Made by a program: the position numbers and the translations under genes. A stretch of DNA of 64,000 bases from an uncultured Peptococcaceae bacterium (GTDB taxonomy: Bacteria > Bacillota > Dehalobacteriia > UBA4068 > UBA4997): the NCBI GenBank assembly GCA_937897635.1, contig CALCQI010000006.1, positions 26,552 to 90,551 of the forward strand, read 5' to 3'. Below the pieces are notes generated by a model. That model was not told where the DNA came from. It saw only the letters and a program-made list of their open reading frames with translations, and ran no database searches. This document shows positions 27,469-35,929 of the stretch, in pieces (position 1 is the first letter of the stretch; every line of letters begins with the position of its first letter).

Positions 27469-28228
27469 ATCAAAACTACTGCCCCAATTTTACCTTATTT
27501 TGTTTTTAGTTATTTTCTTTGGGATATGGCAGTTTTTTGTAAATATAGGTTCCATAAACCCGTTTTTATTCAGCAGCCCTATAGATATATTCAAGGACAT
27601 GTTTAACTTATTTGCTACAGGCGAAATCTGGCCACATATTTTTGTTACGCTTTATGCCTCCTTTTGGGGTGTTGTTATAGGCACTGTAAGCGGTATTATA
27701 GTTGCCTTTATTTTGGGCAATATAAAAATTTTGGCAGATATTTTCGACCCCCTTTTTGTGGGGCTTTACGGATTACCCAAACTAGCTTTGGGGCCTCTTT
27801 TCATAGTTTGGTTCGGCATCAGCATTACCGCCAAAATATTCATGTCTACCATTATGGTATTTTTCCTTGTTTTCTTTAACGCTTATGCCGGTTTCCGCAA
27901 TGTAGATGTAAACCTGATAAATATGATGAAGCTGATGGGAGCAAACCGTCTGCAGATTATCACCAAGCTTACTTTACCTTCCTGCATACCCTGGATAACG
28001 GCCAGCTTAAGAGCAGGTGTGGGTGCGGCTGTATTGGGCACCATTGTTGGGGAATATTTGGGTGCAGTACAGGGTTTGGGCTGGATGGTAATGACAGCCG
28101 GCGGTGTTTATAACATAACTAGGGTACTTTCCTGTATTTTTATTCTGATGATACTAATGTCACTGCTTGATTTTTCAGTAAAAAAAGCAGAAGCAATTAT
28201 TTTAAAATGGCGGCCTGCCGTTGATTAA
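27449..28228 (+). CDS. ABC transporter permease (SsuC/TauC-like)
   Basis: Six TM-like segments with an EAA-type loop (MKLMGANRLQIITKLTLPSCIPWI). ATG 27449 follows AGGAGGAG and overlaps the end of the ATPase gene. Confidence 0.8.
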   Translation: MLKKIFKSKLLPQFYLILFLVIFFGIWQFFVNIGSINPFLFSSPIDIFKDMFNLFATGEIWPHIFVTLYASFWGVVIGTVSGIIVAFILGNIKILADIFDPLFVGLYGLPKLALGPLFIVWFGISITAKIFMSTIMVFFLVFFNAYAGFRNVDVNLINMMKLMGANRLQIITKLTLPSCIPWITASLRAGVGAAVLGTIVGEYLGAVQGLGWMVMTAGGVYNITRVLSCIFILMILMSLLDFSVKKAEAIILKWRPAVD

Positions 28229-28291
28229 ACCTGCTTAAAAGAAGCATGCTTCTTTTAAATAAAACTAAAAACAAAAAAGGAGAGAAACAAT

Positions 28292-29347
28292 TTGAAGAAG
28301 GTATGTTTTGCATTAAAAAAGTTTGTCCTATTCGCATTAACAGTAACAATGATTTTTGCTTTAGCCGCCTGCGATAATGCAAATTCAAACCCCGGGCAAG
28401 AAGAGGATAACCAAAAACAAGTAACCGAGCTTACTAAAATAACAGTAAGCGAACCTGTAAGAAGTGAATTGTGGGGTCCCGTTTATTTAGCAAAAACCTT
28501 AGGCTATTTCGAAGCAGAAGGTTTGGATGTTGAATTTGTAACAGTTCAAGGAGATATGCCCACCGCTCCCGTATTATCAGGCAACTCTCAATTCGGTCTC
28601 TATGGCCCTGAAATGATTTTAAAATTTAAGCAACAGGGTCAAGATGTGAAATTACTGCTCACAGTAAGCGACCGTTACCCATATTCCTTTGTTACCACCA
28701 AGGATATAACCTCTATCGAACAGCTTAAATCACAAGTAGTGAACGGCGCAGACAGCGGTTCCTCTCCTCGTGCTTTTGTTCGCAGTATCGTAAATTCAGC
28801 AGGCCTGAACCCAGATACCGATGTTACCTATGTAAACATCAACGGCGCTGCCAGCATTGCCGCCTTGGAAAGTGGTGATATAAAAGGCACCTATGTTTCT
28901 CCTACCGCTCGTGCCATTGCTTTGCAATCGGGCTACAACCTTTTGGTAGATATTTATGACCCCAAAGTCCATAAACAACTGCTTGGTTCCGAAAGCTATG
29001 AAATGTACATAGTTTTTGCCACTGAAAAGTATATATCCGAAAATCCCGAAGTAGCACAAGGATTCAGCAATGCCGTTTATAAGGCTTTGCTTTGGGCAGA
29101 TTCCCACAGTGCAGATGAAATAGTGGAAGCAATGAAACCCCTATTCACCAATTCTGAAACCTTACCTACGGCCATCAAAGAAATCAAAGAAAATGATATA
29201 TGGTCTGTAACAGGTCAATTCTCTGATGAAGGCTTTGCTGCCATCAACCGTGTTGCAACTGCTTCAGGCCTCATCAACAGCGATGTTGACCGTGCAGATG
29301 TTATTGCCGAAGATTTTATGAACAACTCTCACAAAAACATTAAATAA
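28292..29347 (+). CDS. Lipoprotein substrate-binding protein (NMT1/THI5-SsuA/TauA-like)
   Basis: TTG start behind AAGGAGAG. Lipobox FALAAC. Periplasmic-binding fold of the size and pattern of sulfonate/nitrate-family SBPs. Confidence 0.7.
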   Translation: MKKVCFALKKFVLFALTVTMIFALAACDNANSNPGQEEDNQKQVTELTKITVSEPVRSELWGPVYLAKTLGYFEAEGLDVEFVTVQGDMPTAPVLSGNSQFGLYGPEMILKFKQQGQDVKLLLTVSDRYPYSFVTTKDITSIEQLKSQVVNGADSGSSPRAFVRSIVNSAGLNPDTDVTYVNINGAASIAALESGDIKGTYVSPTARAIALQSGYNLLVDIYDPKVHKQLLGSESYEMYIVFATEKYISENPEVAQGFSNAVYKALLWADSHSADEIVEAMKPLFTNSETLPTAIKEIKENDIWSVTGQFSDEGFAAINRVATASGLINSDVDRADVIAEDFMNNSHKNIK

Positions 29348-29375
29348 TTCCCCAGTACTCCTCTTTAATAACGCT

Positions 29376-29423
29376 GACCGTTACTTATAAGACCCCATAA
29401 GTAACGGTCCTTTTATTTATTTT
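29376..29423 (+). terminator. Operon terminator
   Basis: 13-bp perfect stem GACCGTTACTTAT/ATAAGTAACGGTC followed by a T-rich tail. Confidence 0.85.
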
Positions 29424-29539
29424 CGCAAACATAATGCTTATATATTTAAGCATAACAATAATAACAATATATAAAAATTGTACATTAAAGAATACTTACA
29501 AAATATTTATTTTACTTATAAATATATGAGGTGATTTAA

Positions 29540-29698
29540 ATGAATCCTTGTGAATTGATTACAATTGTTTCATCTCTAGCAATAACAATTGCAAACAATG
29601 TACCCGATGATGATGATTTATCCATGTTAGCTTCAATAGTCACTCAGCTTGGTGATACATTAGCTACAATTGCCAATCAACGTAGTTTACAAAAATAA
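29540..29698 (+). CDS. 52-aa small protein (not in the ORF track)
   Basis: GAGGTG RBS 7 nt upstream of the ATG. Sequence MNPCELITIVSSLAITIANNVPDDDDLSMLASIVTQLGDTLATIANQRSLQK. It resembles small clostridial proteins I recall with a ...QLGDTLATIA... C-terminus. Confidence 0.55.
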   Translation: MNPCELITIVSSLAITIANNVPDDDDLSMLASIVTQLGDTLATIANQRSLQK

Positions 29699-29768
29699 CC
29701 ATTGAAAATCATGCTGATTTAATACACCTTTTTTTACTACCGTATTTACAGCAAATTGAAGTTCCTTG

Positions 29769-29865
29769 CCTAAAGCATGTTCTATTATGGAAGCAAGCGT
29801 CTTTGGCCTTTTGCACCTTCATTTCTTGCTCCATCCTAAAGCATGTTCTATTATGGAAGCAAGCG
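29769..29865. repeat. Two perfect 31-bp direct repeats (CCTAAAGCATGTTCTATTATGGAAGCAAGCG) with a 66-bp period
   Basis: Copies at 29769-29799 and 29835-29865, read directly. The spacer is unrelated to the flanks. Confidence 0.85.
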
Positions 29866-30099
29866 CCGAAGCATCCAGTTTTATTTCAGACTGCAACAGC
29901 TTGATTTGCAAAGTAAAATTTTATCTTGAAGCTTACAAATACTATAAAAAGCCAATATGGATAAAACTTGTCTGAATTTTAGTAAAGTATTATAATGAGC
30001 AAACGCAGGCAGATTATTTTTAAAAAGTATAGGCAGGCCTTACATAATTTGCTATAATAAATTAAATACTTGTATCTTTTAAGAATAAAGGAGAATAAT

Positions 30100-30543
30100 A
30101 TGGCAAACAGTAAAAAAACTGTTACAAACTGGAAACTAAGCAAAAAAGCTTTAATTATGTGTTTGGTTGCGGCAGCAGTACTTTGTGCAATAGGTTTTGT
30201 TATCACTTATATATATGCCCAAAATCAGCCCAATGGCGAAGGTTTACAGGCGGAAATATATGTAGATGATACATTAGCTATGGTGGTACCATTAGAAAGC
30301 GATGGCTCTGAAATAGCAGAAATACCCAGTGCCCCCGGAACCCATTATCAGCATGTTACCAGTGGCTGCATCCGCATTTTGAGCAACGATTGTAATGAGC
30401 AAACCTGTGTGAAAACAGGCTGGATAGATGAACTGGGCGAAACCATAACCTGCCCTGAAAAAAATATTCTGATAAAAATAACCCCTTTGGAAACCAAAGC
30501 TAATATTCTTCAGGATAATCAAGAAAATACCGCACAAAATTAA
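30100..30543 (+). CDS. NusG domain II-containing membrane-anchored protein
   Basis: One TM segment followed by the motif ...ILSNDCNEQTCVKTGWIDELGETITCPEKNILIKI. ATG 30100 behind AAGGAG. Confidence 0.65.
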   Translation: MANSKKTVTNWKLSKKALIMCLVAAAVLCAIGFVITYIYAQNQPNGEGLQAEIYVDDTLAMVVPLESDGSEIAEIPSAPGTHYQHVTSGCIRILSNDCNEQTCVKTGWIDELGETITCPEKNILIKITPLETKANILQDNQENTAQN

Positions 30544-30563
30544 AACAGAAAAGAGGTAAAAAA

Positions 30564-30884
30564 ATGAGCGTACAACATGTAAACCAGCAGAATTTCGAGG
30601 AAGTTGTGTTAAAAAGCGATAAGCCCGTACTTTTGGATTTTTGGGCCACCTGGTGCGGCCCCTGCAAAATGCTTACCCCTGTTTTGGAAGAAGTAGCAAA
30701 AGAGCTTGAGGACAAAGCCTTGATTGTTAAAGTAGATATAGACGAAAACCCCGATTTAGCCAAAAAATACATGGTTATGAGCGTACCTTCGCTGTTTGCC
30801 ATCAATAACGGTGAAATAGCGGATAGAACCATAGGCTTTATGGATAAAGATGCCATAATGGATTTTATGGGTGATTTGGTTTAA
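30564..30884 (+). CDS. trxA: Thioredoxin
   Basis: WATWCGPCK active site, 106 aa. Confidence 0.92.
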   Translation: MSVQHVNQQNFEEVVLKSDKPVLLDFWATWCGPCKMLTPVLEEVAKELEDKALIVKVDIDENPDLAKKYMVMSVPSLFAINNGEIADRTIGFMDKDAIMDFMGDLV

Positions 30885-30913
30885 TTTCCGCAAAAACTGA
30901 ATTTAATAAAACT

Positions 30914-30956
30914 AAACTGCTGAGCATAAAAGTTTATGCTCAGCAGTTTTTATTTT
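30914..30956. terminator. Bidirectional terminator (trxA / nrdJ)
   Basis: AAACTGCTGAGCATAAA / TTTATGCTCAGCAGTTT stem plus a T-run. Confidence 0.85.
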
Positions 30957-31033
30957 TGTGTTCATATATTTTTAAAATTATTCTCTGACATACAAAAAAT
31001 AAGCATCTCTATAACCTAAATCACTGCTTTTAT

Positions 31034-33301
31034 TTAATTACACTTAGAATAACCGCAATTACGGCAGGCAACACAGCCACCTTCGTGCTCCAGCTTAGCA
31101 CCACAATCGGGGCAAAATTTGGCAAGCCTGCCTTCATCGGGATACCCTGTTTTAGCAACGCTTTCAACCATGGGCATAGCTAAAGCAGAATTATCGCCGC
31201 TTGCTATCATATCCGCCACCCTTTTTACAACCCTGGCTACCGCATCGGGGCAGGAGGTACATGTACGCCCACCCTGGCGAATGGTAGAAGGACAACGGAT
31301 ACCCCGTAACTGCTCTAAGATTTCAGCAAGGCTTATACCTGAACGCAAAGAAATGGAAACCAAACGCGCCATGGCCTCTGACTGTGAAGGGCAGCCGCCT
31401 GCCTTGCCTGTGGAAGTAAAAACCTCACAGATTCCGTGTTCATCATAATTTACCGTTACATAAAGGTTACCGCAGCCTGTTTTCATCCTTTCGGTAACGC
31501 CGCAAACCGCTTCGGGGCGAGGACGAGGAACGATAGAATTATAGGCGGGTATATTTTGTTTTGCTCCCTGTACCGAGCCTATATTCAAAACCTGGTTATC
31601 ACGGCTGCCATCACGGTAAATGGTAACACCCTTACAATCCAGCTCATAAGCCAATTCAAAAACCTCACGCACATCTTCTTCGGTTGCGTCTTTAGAGAAA
31701 TTTACAGTTTTGGAAACCGCGTTATCGGTATACTTTTGGAAAGCCGCCTGCATTTTTACATGATAAATTGGGCTTATATCATGCGAACATACAAAAACCC
31801 TGCGAATATCTTCGGGGATTTCTTCCAAATGAGCCAAGGTACCCTCCTGAGCAATTTTTTTCATAAGCTCGGCACTGTAAATATCCCTTTCCTCCAAAAC
31901 CTGTTTTAACACAGGATTCACTTCAATCATTTCCGTATTATCCATGATGTTACGAATATATACATAAGCAAATACAGGCTCAACGCCTGAAGAACAGCCC
32001 GCTATGATAGAAAGCGTACCTGTGGGTGCTATAGTGGTTACGGTAGCATTCCTTAAAGGCTCAGCTTCCACATAAATACTTTCAGCAAACAAGGGGAAAG
32101 CACCGCGTTTTTGGCCAAGCAAAGCAGAAGCCTTGCGCCCCTCTGCCGTAATGAATTCCATTATTTTTTCTGCAAGCTGTACTGCGGCTTCCGAATTATA
32201 GGGTATGCCCATCAGAAGCAGCATATCAGCAAAACCCATTAACCCCAAGCCTATTTTACGGGTTTGCTTGGTAGTTTCCTCTATTTGCGGAAGCGGGTAA
32301 CGGTTAACTTCTATAACATTATCCAAAAAGTGTACAGCTTGGTTTACCACTCTTTTCAGCTTTTCATAATCTACTTCATAACCTTTAGCGGTTTTTTTCA
32401 CCATTTTTACCAAATTTATTGAACCCAAATTACAGGATTCATAAGGTAAAAGCGGCTGCTCGCCGCAAGGGTTGGTACTTTCAATTTCACCCTGGGCGGG
32501 AACAGCATTATCCTTGTTCAGACGATCCAGGAAAATAATGCCGGGCTCGCCGTTATTCCAGGCATTGTGCACTATTTTATCGAATACTTCCGCCGCGTCA
32601 TAAGCACCTACAGCAATTTTGGTTTTAGGGTCTATCAAATCATACATTTCACCATTATTTACAGCTTCCATAAAGGCTTCGGTTATGCCAACGGAAATAT
32701 TGAAATTGGTGAGTTCACTGTTATTAATCTTGCAATCTATAAATTCCAAAATATCGGGGTGATCCACCCGCAAAATACCCATATTGGCTCCACGGCGGGT
32801 ACCGCCCTGTTTTACGGCCTCAGTTGCCATATTGAACACCTTCATAAAGCTGATGGGCCCTGAAGCCACACCGCCTGTAGTTCTTACCGTACTGCCGCTT
32901 TGGCGCAGGCGAGAAAATGAAAAGCCTGTACCACCACCCGACTTATGAATCAAAGCCGCCTGTTTTATGGCATCAAAAATTTTCTCCATACTGTCTTCAA
33001 CAGGCAACACAAAACAGGCAGAAAGCTGCCCCAAATCCCTGCCCGCATTCATAAGGGTAGGAGAATTAGGCAGAAATTCCAAATTTGTCATCAAATCATA
33101 AAATTCTTCCGCCAATTTTTTGGTGTTGGCTTTAGCATCGAAAAGCTTGTCGGCCTCGGCTATAGTGCCTGCCACCCTTTTGAACATACCGTCAACATCT
33201 TCTATGTTTTTACCCTGTTCATCCTTATTTAAATAACGCTTTTCCAGCACAGCTATGGCGTTTTTGCCAAGCCTTTTTTCTATAATAATTTGTGGCGACA
33301 T
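31034..33301 (-). CDS. nrdJ: Adenosylcobalamin-dependent (class II) ribonucleotide reductase
   Basis: NAIAVLEKRYL..., TNPCGEQPL, and a C-terminal Zn ribbon CPDCGAKLEHEGGCVACRNCG. Start moved to ATG 33301 (AAGGAGG 8 nt upstream). Confidence 0.9.
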   Translation of the reverse strand: MSPQIIIEKRLGKNAIAVLEKRYLNKDEQGKNIEDVDGMFKRVAGTIAEADKLFDAKANTKKLAEEFYDLMTNLEFLPNSPTLMNAGRDLGQLSACFVLPVEDSMEKIFDAIKQAALIHKSGGGTGFSFSRLRQSGSTVRTTGGVASGPISFMKVFNMATEAVKQGGTRRGANMGILRVDHPDILEFIDCKINNSELTNFNISVGITEAFMEAVNNGEMYDLIDPKTKIAVGAYDAAEVFDKIVHNAWNNGEPGIIFLDRLNKDNAVPAQGEIESTNPCGEQPLLPYESCNLGSINLVKMVKKTAKGYEVDYEKLKRVVNQAVHFLDNVIEVNRYPLPQIEETTKQTRKIGLGLMGFADMLLLMGIPYNSEAAVQLAEKIMEFITAEGRKASALLGQKRGAFPLFAESIYVEAEPLRNATVTTIAPTGTLSIIAGCSSGVEPVFAYVYIRNIMDNTEMIEVNPVLKQVLEERDIYSAELMKKIAQEGTLAHLEEIPEDIRRVFVCSHDISPIYHVKMQAAFQKYTDNAVSKTVNFSKDATEEDVREVFELAYELDCKGVTIYRDGSRDNQVLNIGSVQGAKQNIPAYNSIVPRPRPEAVCGVTERMKTGCGNLYVTVNYDEHGICEVFTSTGKAGGCPSQSEAMARLVSISLRSGISLAEILEQLRGIRCPSTIRQGGRTCTSCPDAVARVVKRVADMIASGDNSALAMPMVESVAKTGYPDEGRLAKFCPDCGAKLEHEGGCVACRNCGYSKCN

Positions 33302-33315
33302 CTGCATAGCCTCCT

Positions 33316-33364
33316 TAACAATATATAGTAACAACAAGAAATAAAGGTACCATATATTGTATAA
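33316..33364. promoter_or_regulatory. Possible tandem NrdR boxes
   Basis: TAACAATATATAGTAA (33316-33331) and TACCATATATTGTATA (33349-33364). Both are AT-rich palindrome-like 16-mers with centres about 33 bp apart. Confidence 0.3.
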
Positions 33365-33494
33365 CATCGGCAATAAAAAAGCAATAGCATAGCATTATTT
33401 TTCTTATTAATGCCCTTTTTTATAAAGGCATGGATAATATAGCTTTTTATTTTGAGCAATAATACTAAATTTTTATTCTTACTATAAAAAACGC

Positions 33495-33523
33495 TTGCTA
33501 AAGAACGTTTTTCAGGATATAAT
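33495..33523 (+). promoter_or_regulatory. Sigma-A promoter of the glutamine synthetase gene
   Basis: TTGCTA, 17 nt, TATAAT. Confidence 0.6.
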
Positions 33524-33616
33524 TATGTATATTGTTTTTGGCGGATAGAGGCATTTTGGTATACAGCCAAGGTGTCTTTTCAAATTTTAAATTCCCAATT
33601 TAAAGGAGGCTCCACC

Positions 33617-35710
33617 ATGGAAAAAATCGATGTGCCGAAAATTTTTGGAGAAAATGTTTTTAATGAAACTATCATGCAGCAGCAACTGCCACAGGAAATA
33701 TACCAATCCATGAAAAATGCTATTGATAATGGGCTTCCCCTGGAACCTGAAGTAGCGGAAGTAGTAGCCTACGCCATGAAGGAATGGGCTATTGAAAAAG
33801 GCGCCACTCATTATACCCATTGGTTTCAGCCCATGACAGGTATAACAGCCGAAAAACATGATGCCTTCATAACACCATCTTTAAACGGCAAGGTGTTAAT
33901 GGAGTTTTCGGGCAAGGAATTGATCAAGGGTGAACCCGACGCTTCCTCCTTTCCTTCGGGCGGCCTGCGCAACACCTTTGAAGCGCGCGGCTATACCGCC
34001 TGGGACCCCACCTCCTATGCTTTCATTAAGGATGCTGCCCTTTACATACCTACCGCTTTTTGTTCCTACAGCGGTGAAGTTTTGGATAAAAAAACCCCGC
34101 TTTTACGCTCTATGCAGGTAATAAGCCGTGAAGCCTTAAGAATAACCAAGCTTTTCGGCAATCAGGCCACTCATATTATCACAACCGTTGGCGCTGAACA
34201 GGAATATTTTTTGGTAGACCGCGAGCTTTTCAAACAGCGTAAGGATCTTTTGATAACAGGCCGCACCCTGTTCGGAGCCAAGCCTCCCAAGGGCCAGGAA
34301 ATGGACGATCATTATTTCCGCAATTTAACAGAACGGGTTTCGGCTTTTATGCATGAATTGGATAAAGAATTATGGAAAATGGGCATCTTGGCCAAAACCA
34401 AGCACAGTGAAGCGGCACCCGCTCAATTTGAGCTTGCCCCCATTTTTACCACTACCAATATTTCCACCGACCATAATCAGCTCACCATGGAGCTAATGAA
34501 AAAAATAGCCAAACATCATGGCTTGATTTGCCTTTTACATGAAAAACCTTTTGAAGGTGTGAACGGTTCGGGCAAGCACAATAACTGGTCTTTATCCACC
34601 AATTTGGGTGAAAATTTACTAAAACCGGGTAAAGATCCCGCCAATAAACCGCAGTTTTTACTTTTCTTCACCGCTGTTATAGAAGCCGTGAGCCGCTACG
34701 GAGATATGCTGCGCGCTTCTACCGCCATGGCCAGCAATGATCATCGCTTGGGTGCTAGCGAAGCACCTCCCGCCATTGTTTCCATGTTTATAGGCAATGA
34801 TCTTTTAGGCATATTGGAAAGTATTGAACGCGGCGAAAAGGGCCTTAAAACCGAACGCCAGGAATTGTATATAGGTGTAGCCACCATACCTGCTTTACAT
34901 AAGGATTCCACCGACCGCAACCGTACCTCCCCCATGGCTTTTACAGGTAACAAATTCGAATTTAGAATGCTGGGCAGCTCGGCCTCCATTGCCGATACTA
35001 ATATAGTTATCAATACCGCGGTGGCAAGTGTTCTGAAAAAATATGCCGACCGTTTGGAAAAAGCTGAAAACTTTGATGCAGAAGTTATGTCTATTATAGC
35101 TGAAACTATAGCCGCTCATAAACATATTATTTTTAATGGCAATAACTATACAAAAGAATGGTTAGCGGAAGCCGAAAAACGCGGCTTACCCAATTTAAAA
35201 AGCTCTGTGGATGCTATTCCCGCTTATATAGACCCCAAAAACCTGGAGCTTTTTTCATCACAGGGTATCTTCACCAATGCGGAACTGCATTCCCGTTATG
35301 AAATAATGCTGGAAACCTACACTAAAACCATCCATATCGAAGCACAAACCATGATTAACATGGTAAACCGCCAGATTCTACCCGCGGTCATCGATTACAG
35401 CAAAAACTTGTTTGAGGCTCTGTATGCCAAAAAAGTATCGGAACTCAGTTTGGATCTAAGCCGTGAAGAAGCAAGAGCCGCTCATCTTAACGAGTTGACC
35501 GAAAGCCTGATCACACTTTTGGAAGCTTTGGCAAATACCCTTACAAAAGCAAAAGCTATAACCGAGCCCTTGGCTTTAGCCCGTTTTTACCATGATACCG
35601 TGCTTAATGCTATGAACAGCTTAAGAAAAACCGCAGACGAGCTGGAAACCCTGGTAGCAGACAGCTATTGGCCTTTCCCCACTTACCTGGAACTGCTCTT
35701 TAATATTTAA
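33617..35710 (+). CDS. glnN: Type III glutamine synthetase
   Basis: About 697 aa with GSIII-type N-terminus MEKIDVPKIFGENVFNE... and catalytic-core motifs (NGSGKHNNWS, HRLGASEAPPA). ATG 33617 behind AAAGGAGG. Confidence 0.85.
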   Translation: MEKIDVPKIFGENVFNETIMQQQLPQEIYQSMKNAIDNGLPLEPEVAEVVAYAMKEWAIEKGATHYTHWFQPMTGITAEKHDAFITPSLNGKVLMEFSGKELIKGEPDASSFPSGGLRNTFEARGYTAWDPTSYAFIKDAALYIPTAFCSYSGEVLDKKTPLLRSMQVISREALRITKLFGNQATHIITTVGAEQEYFLVDRELFKQRKDLLITGRTLFGAKPPKGQEMDDHYFRNLTERVSAFMHELDKELWKMGILAKTKHSEAAPAQFELAPIFTTTNISTDHNQLTMELMKKIAKHHGLICLLHEKPFEGVNGSGKHNNWSLSTNLGENLLKPGKDPANKPQFLLFFTAVIEAVSRYGDMLRASTAMASNDHRLGASEAPPAIVSMFIGNDLLGILESIERGEKGLKTERQELYIGVATIPALHKDSTDRNRTSPMAFTGNKFEFRMLGSSASIADTNIVINTAVASVLKKYADRLEKAENFDAEVMSIIAETIAAHKHIIFNGNNYTKEWLAEAEKRGLPNLKSSVDAIPAYIDPKNLELFSSQGIFTNAELHSRYEIMLETYTKTIHIEAQTMINMVNRQILPAVIDYSKNLFEALYAKKVSELSLDLSREEARAAHLNELTESLITLLEALANTLTKAKAITEPLALARFYHDTVLNAMNSLRKTADELETLVADSYWPFPTYLELLFNI

Positions 35711-35723
35711 TAGCTTTGATAAC

Positions 35724-35754
35724 AAAAAAAGCCGTCGCATAGCGACGGCTTTTA
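35724..35754. terminator. Bidirectional terminator (glnN on +, candidate sRNA on -)
   Basis: A7-GCCGTCGC-ata-GCGACGGC-TTTT. Confidence 0.85.
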
Positions 35755-35925
35755 TGATCTATAACGCTTATGGTTTGGAAAAGAGCACAAGCGCTTTAAT
35801 GGGTCTAACCCATAAATCCCGCTGTATCTCCTTTCCAAAAGGGAGGTTTAGCAGTTTCCCGCTAAGCCCATCGGCTTTATGCCTTTTTGGTAGGCATATA
35901 AGCTCGGAGATTATTAATATTATAT
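35724..35925 (-). ncRNA. Candidate stand-alone small RNA (~200 nt), class unknown
   Basis: Bounded by a perfect TTGACA-17-TACAAT promoter and a U7 terminator on the minus strand. It has no credible ORF. Several local hairpins are present, including UUAGCGG-GAAA-CUGCUAA (35848-35865). Confidence 0.55.
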
Positions 35926-35929
35926 TATT

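Noticed and set aside
29769-29865. A mini CRISPR array (31-bp repeat, ~35-bp spacer)
   Set aside because: There are only two copies. The repeat has no palindromic core, there is no leader-like AT tract or further degenerate repeats, and there are no cas genes in the window. I report it only as a direct repeat.
29766-29975. 69-aa ORF spanning the direct repeats (PKACSIMEAS twice)
   Set aside because: It has a TTG start with no RBS, and the internal duplication simply reflects the DNA repeat. Its composition is not protein-like.
31034-33373. Long N-terminal extensions given by the ORF track for nrdJ, and similarly for hydB, glnN, spoIID, glyA, rpiB, DUF1385, the radical SAM gene, atpD and the Zn-ribbon gene
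   Set aside because: In each case an internal ATG or GTG is preceded at 6-10 nt by a GGAGG-type RBS and matches the family N-terminus. The extensions are hydrophobic or odd and lack RBSs.
35724-35925. Calling the candidate sRNA 6S RNA, SRP RNA, tmRNA or a c-di-GMP riboswitch
   Set aside because: The 5' and 3' halves are not extensively complementary, so it is not a 6S-like rod. The SRP domain IV, tmRNA tag and RNase P CR motifs are absent. Similarity to GEMM-I (GCAUAAAGCC...CUAAACC) is superficial, and there is no downstream gene. I left it unclassified.
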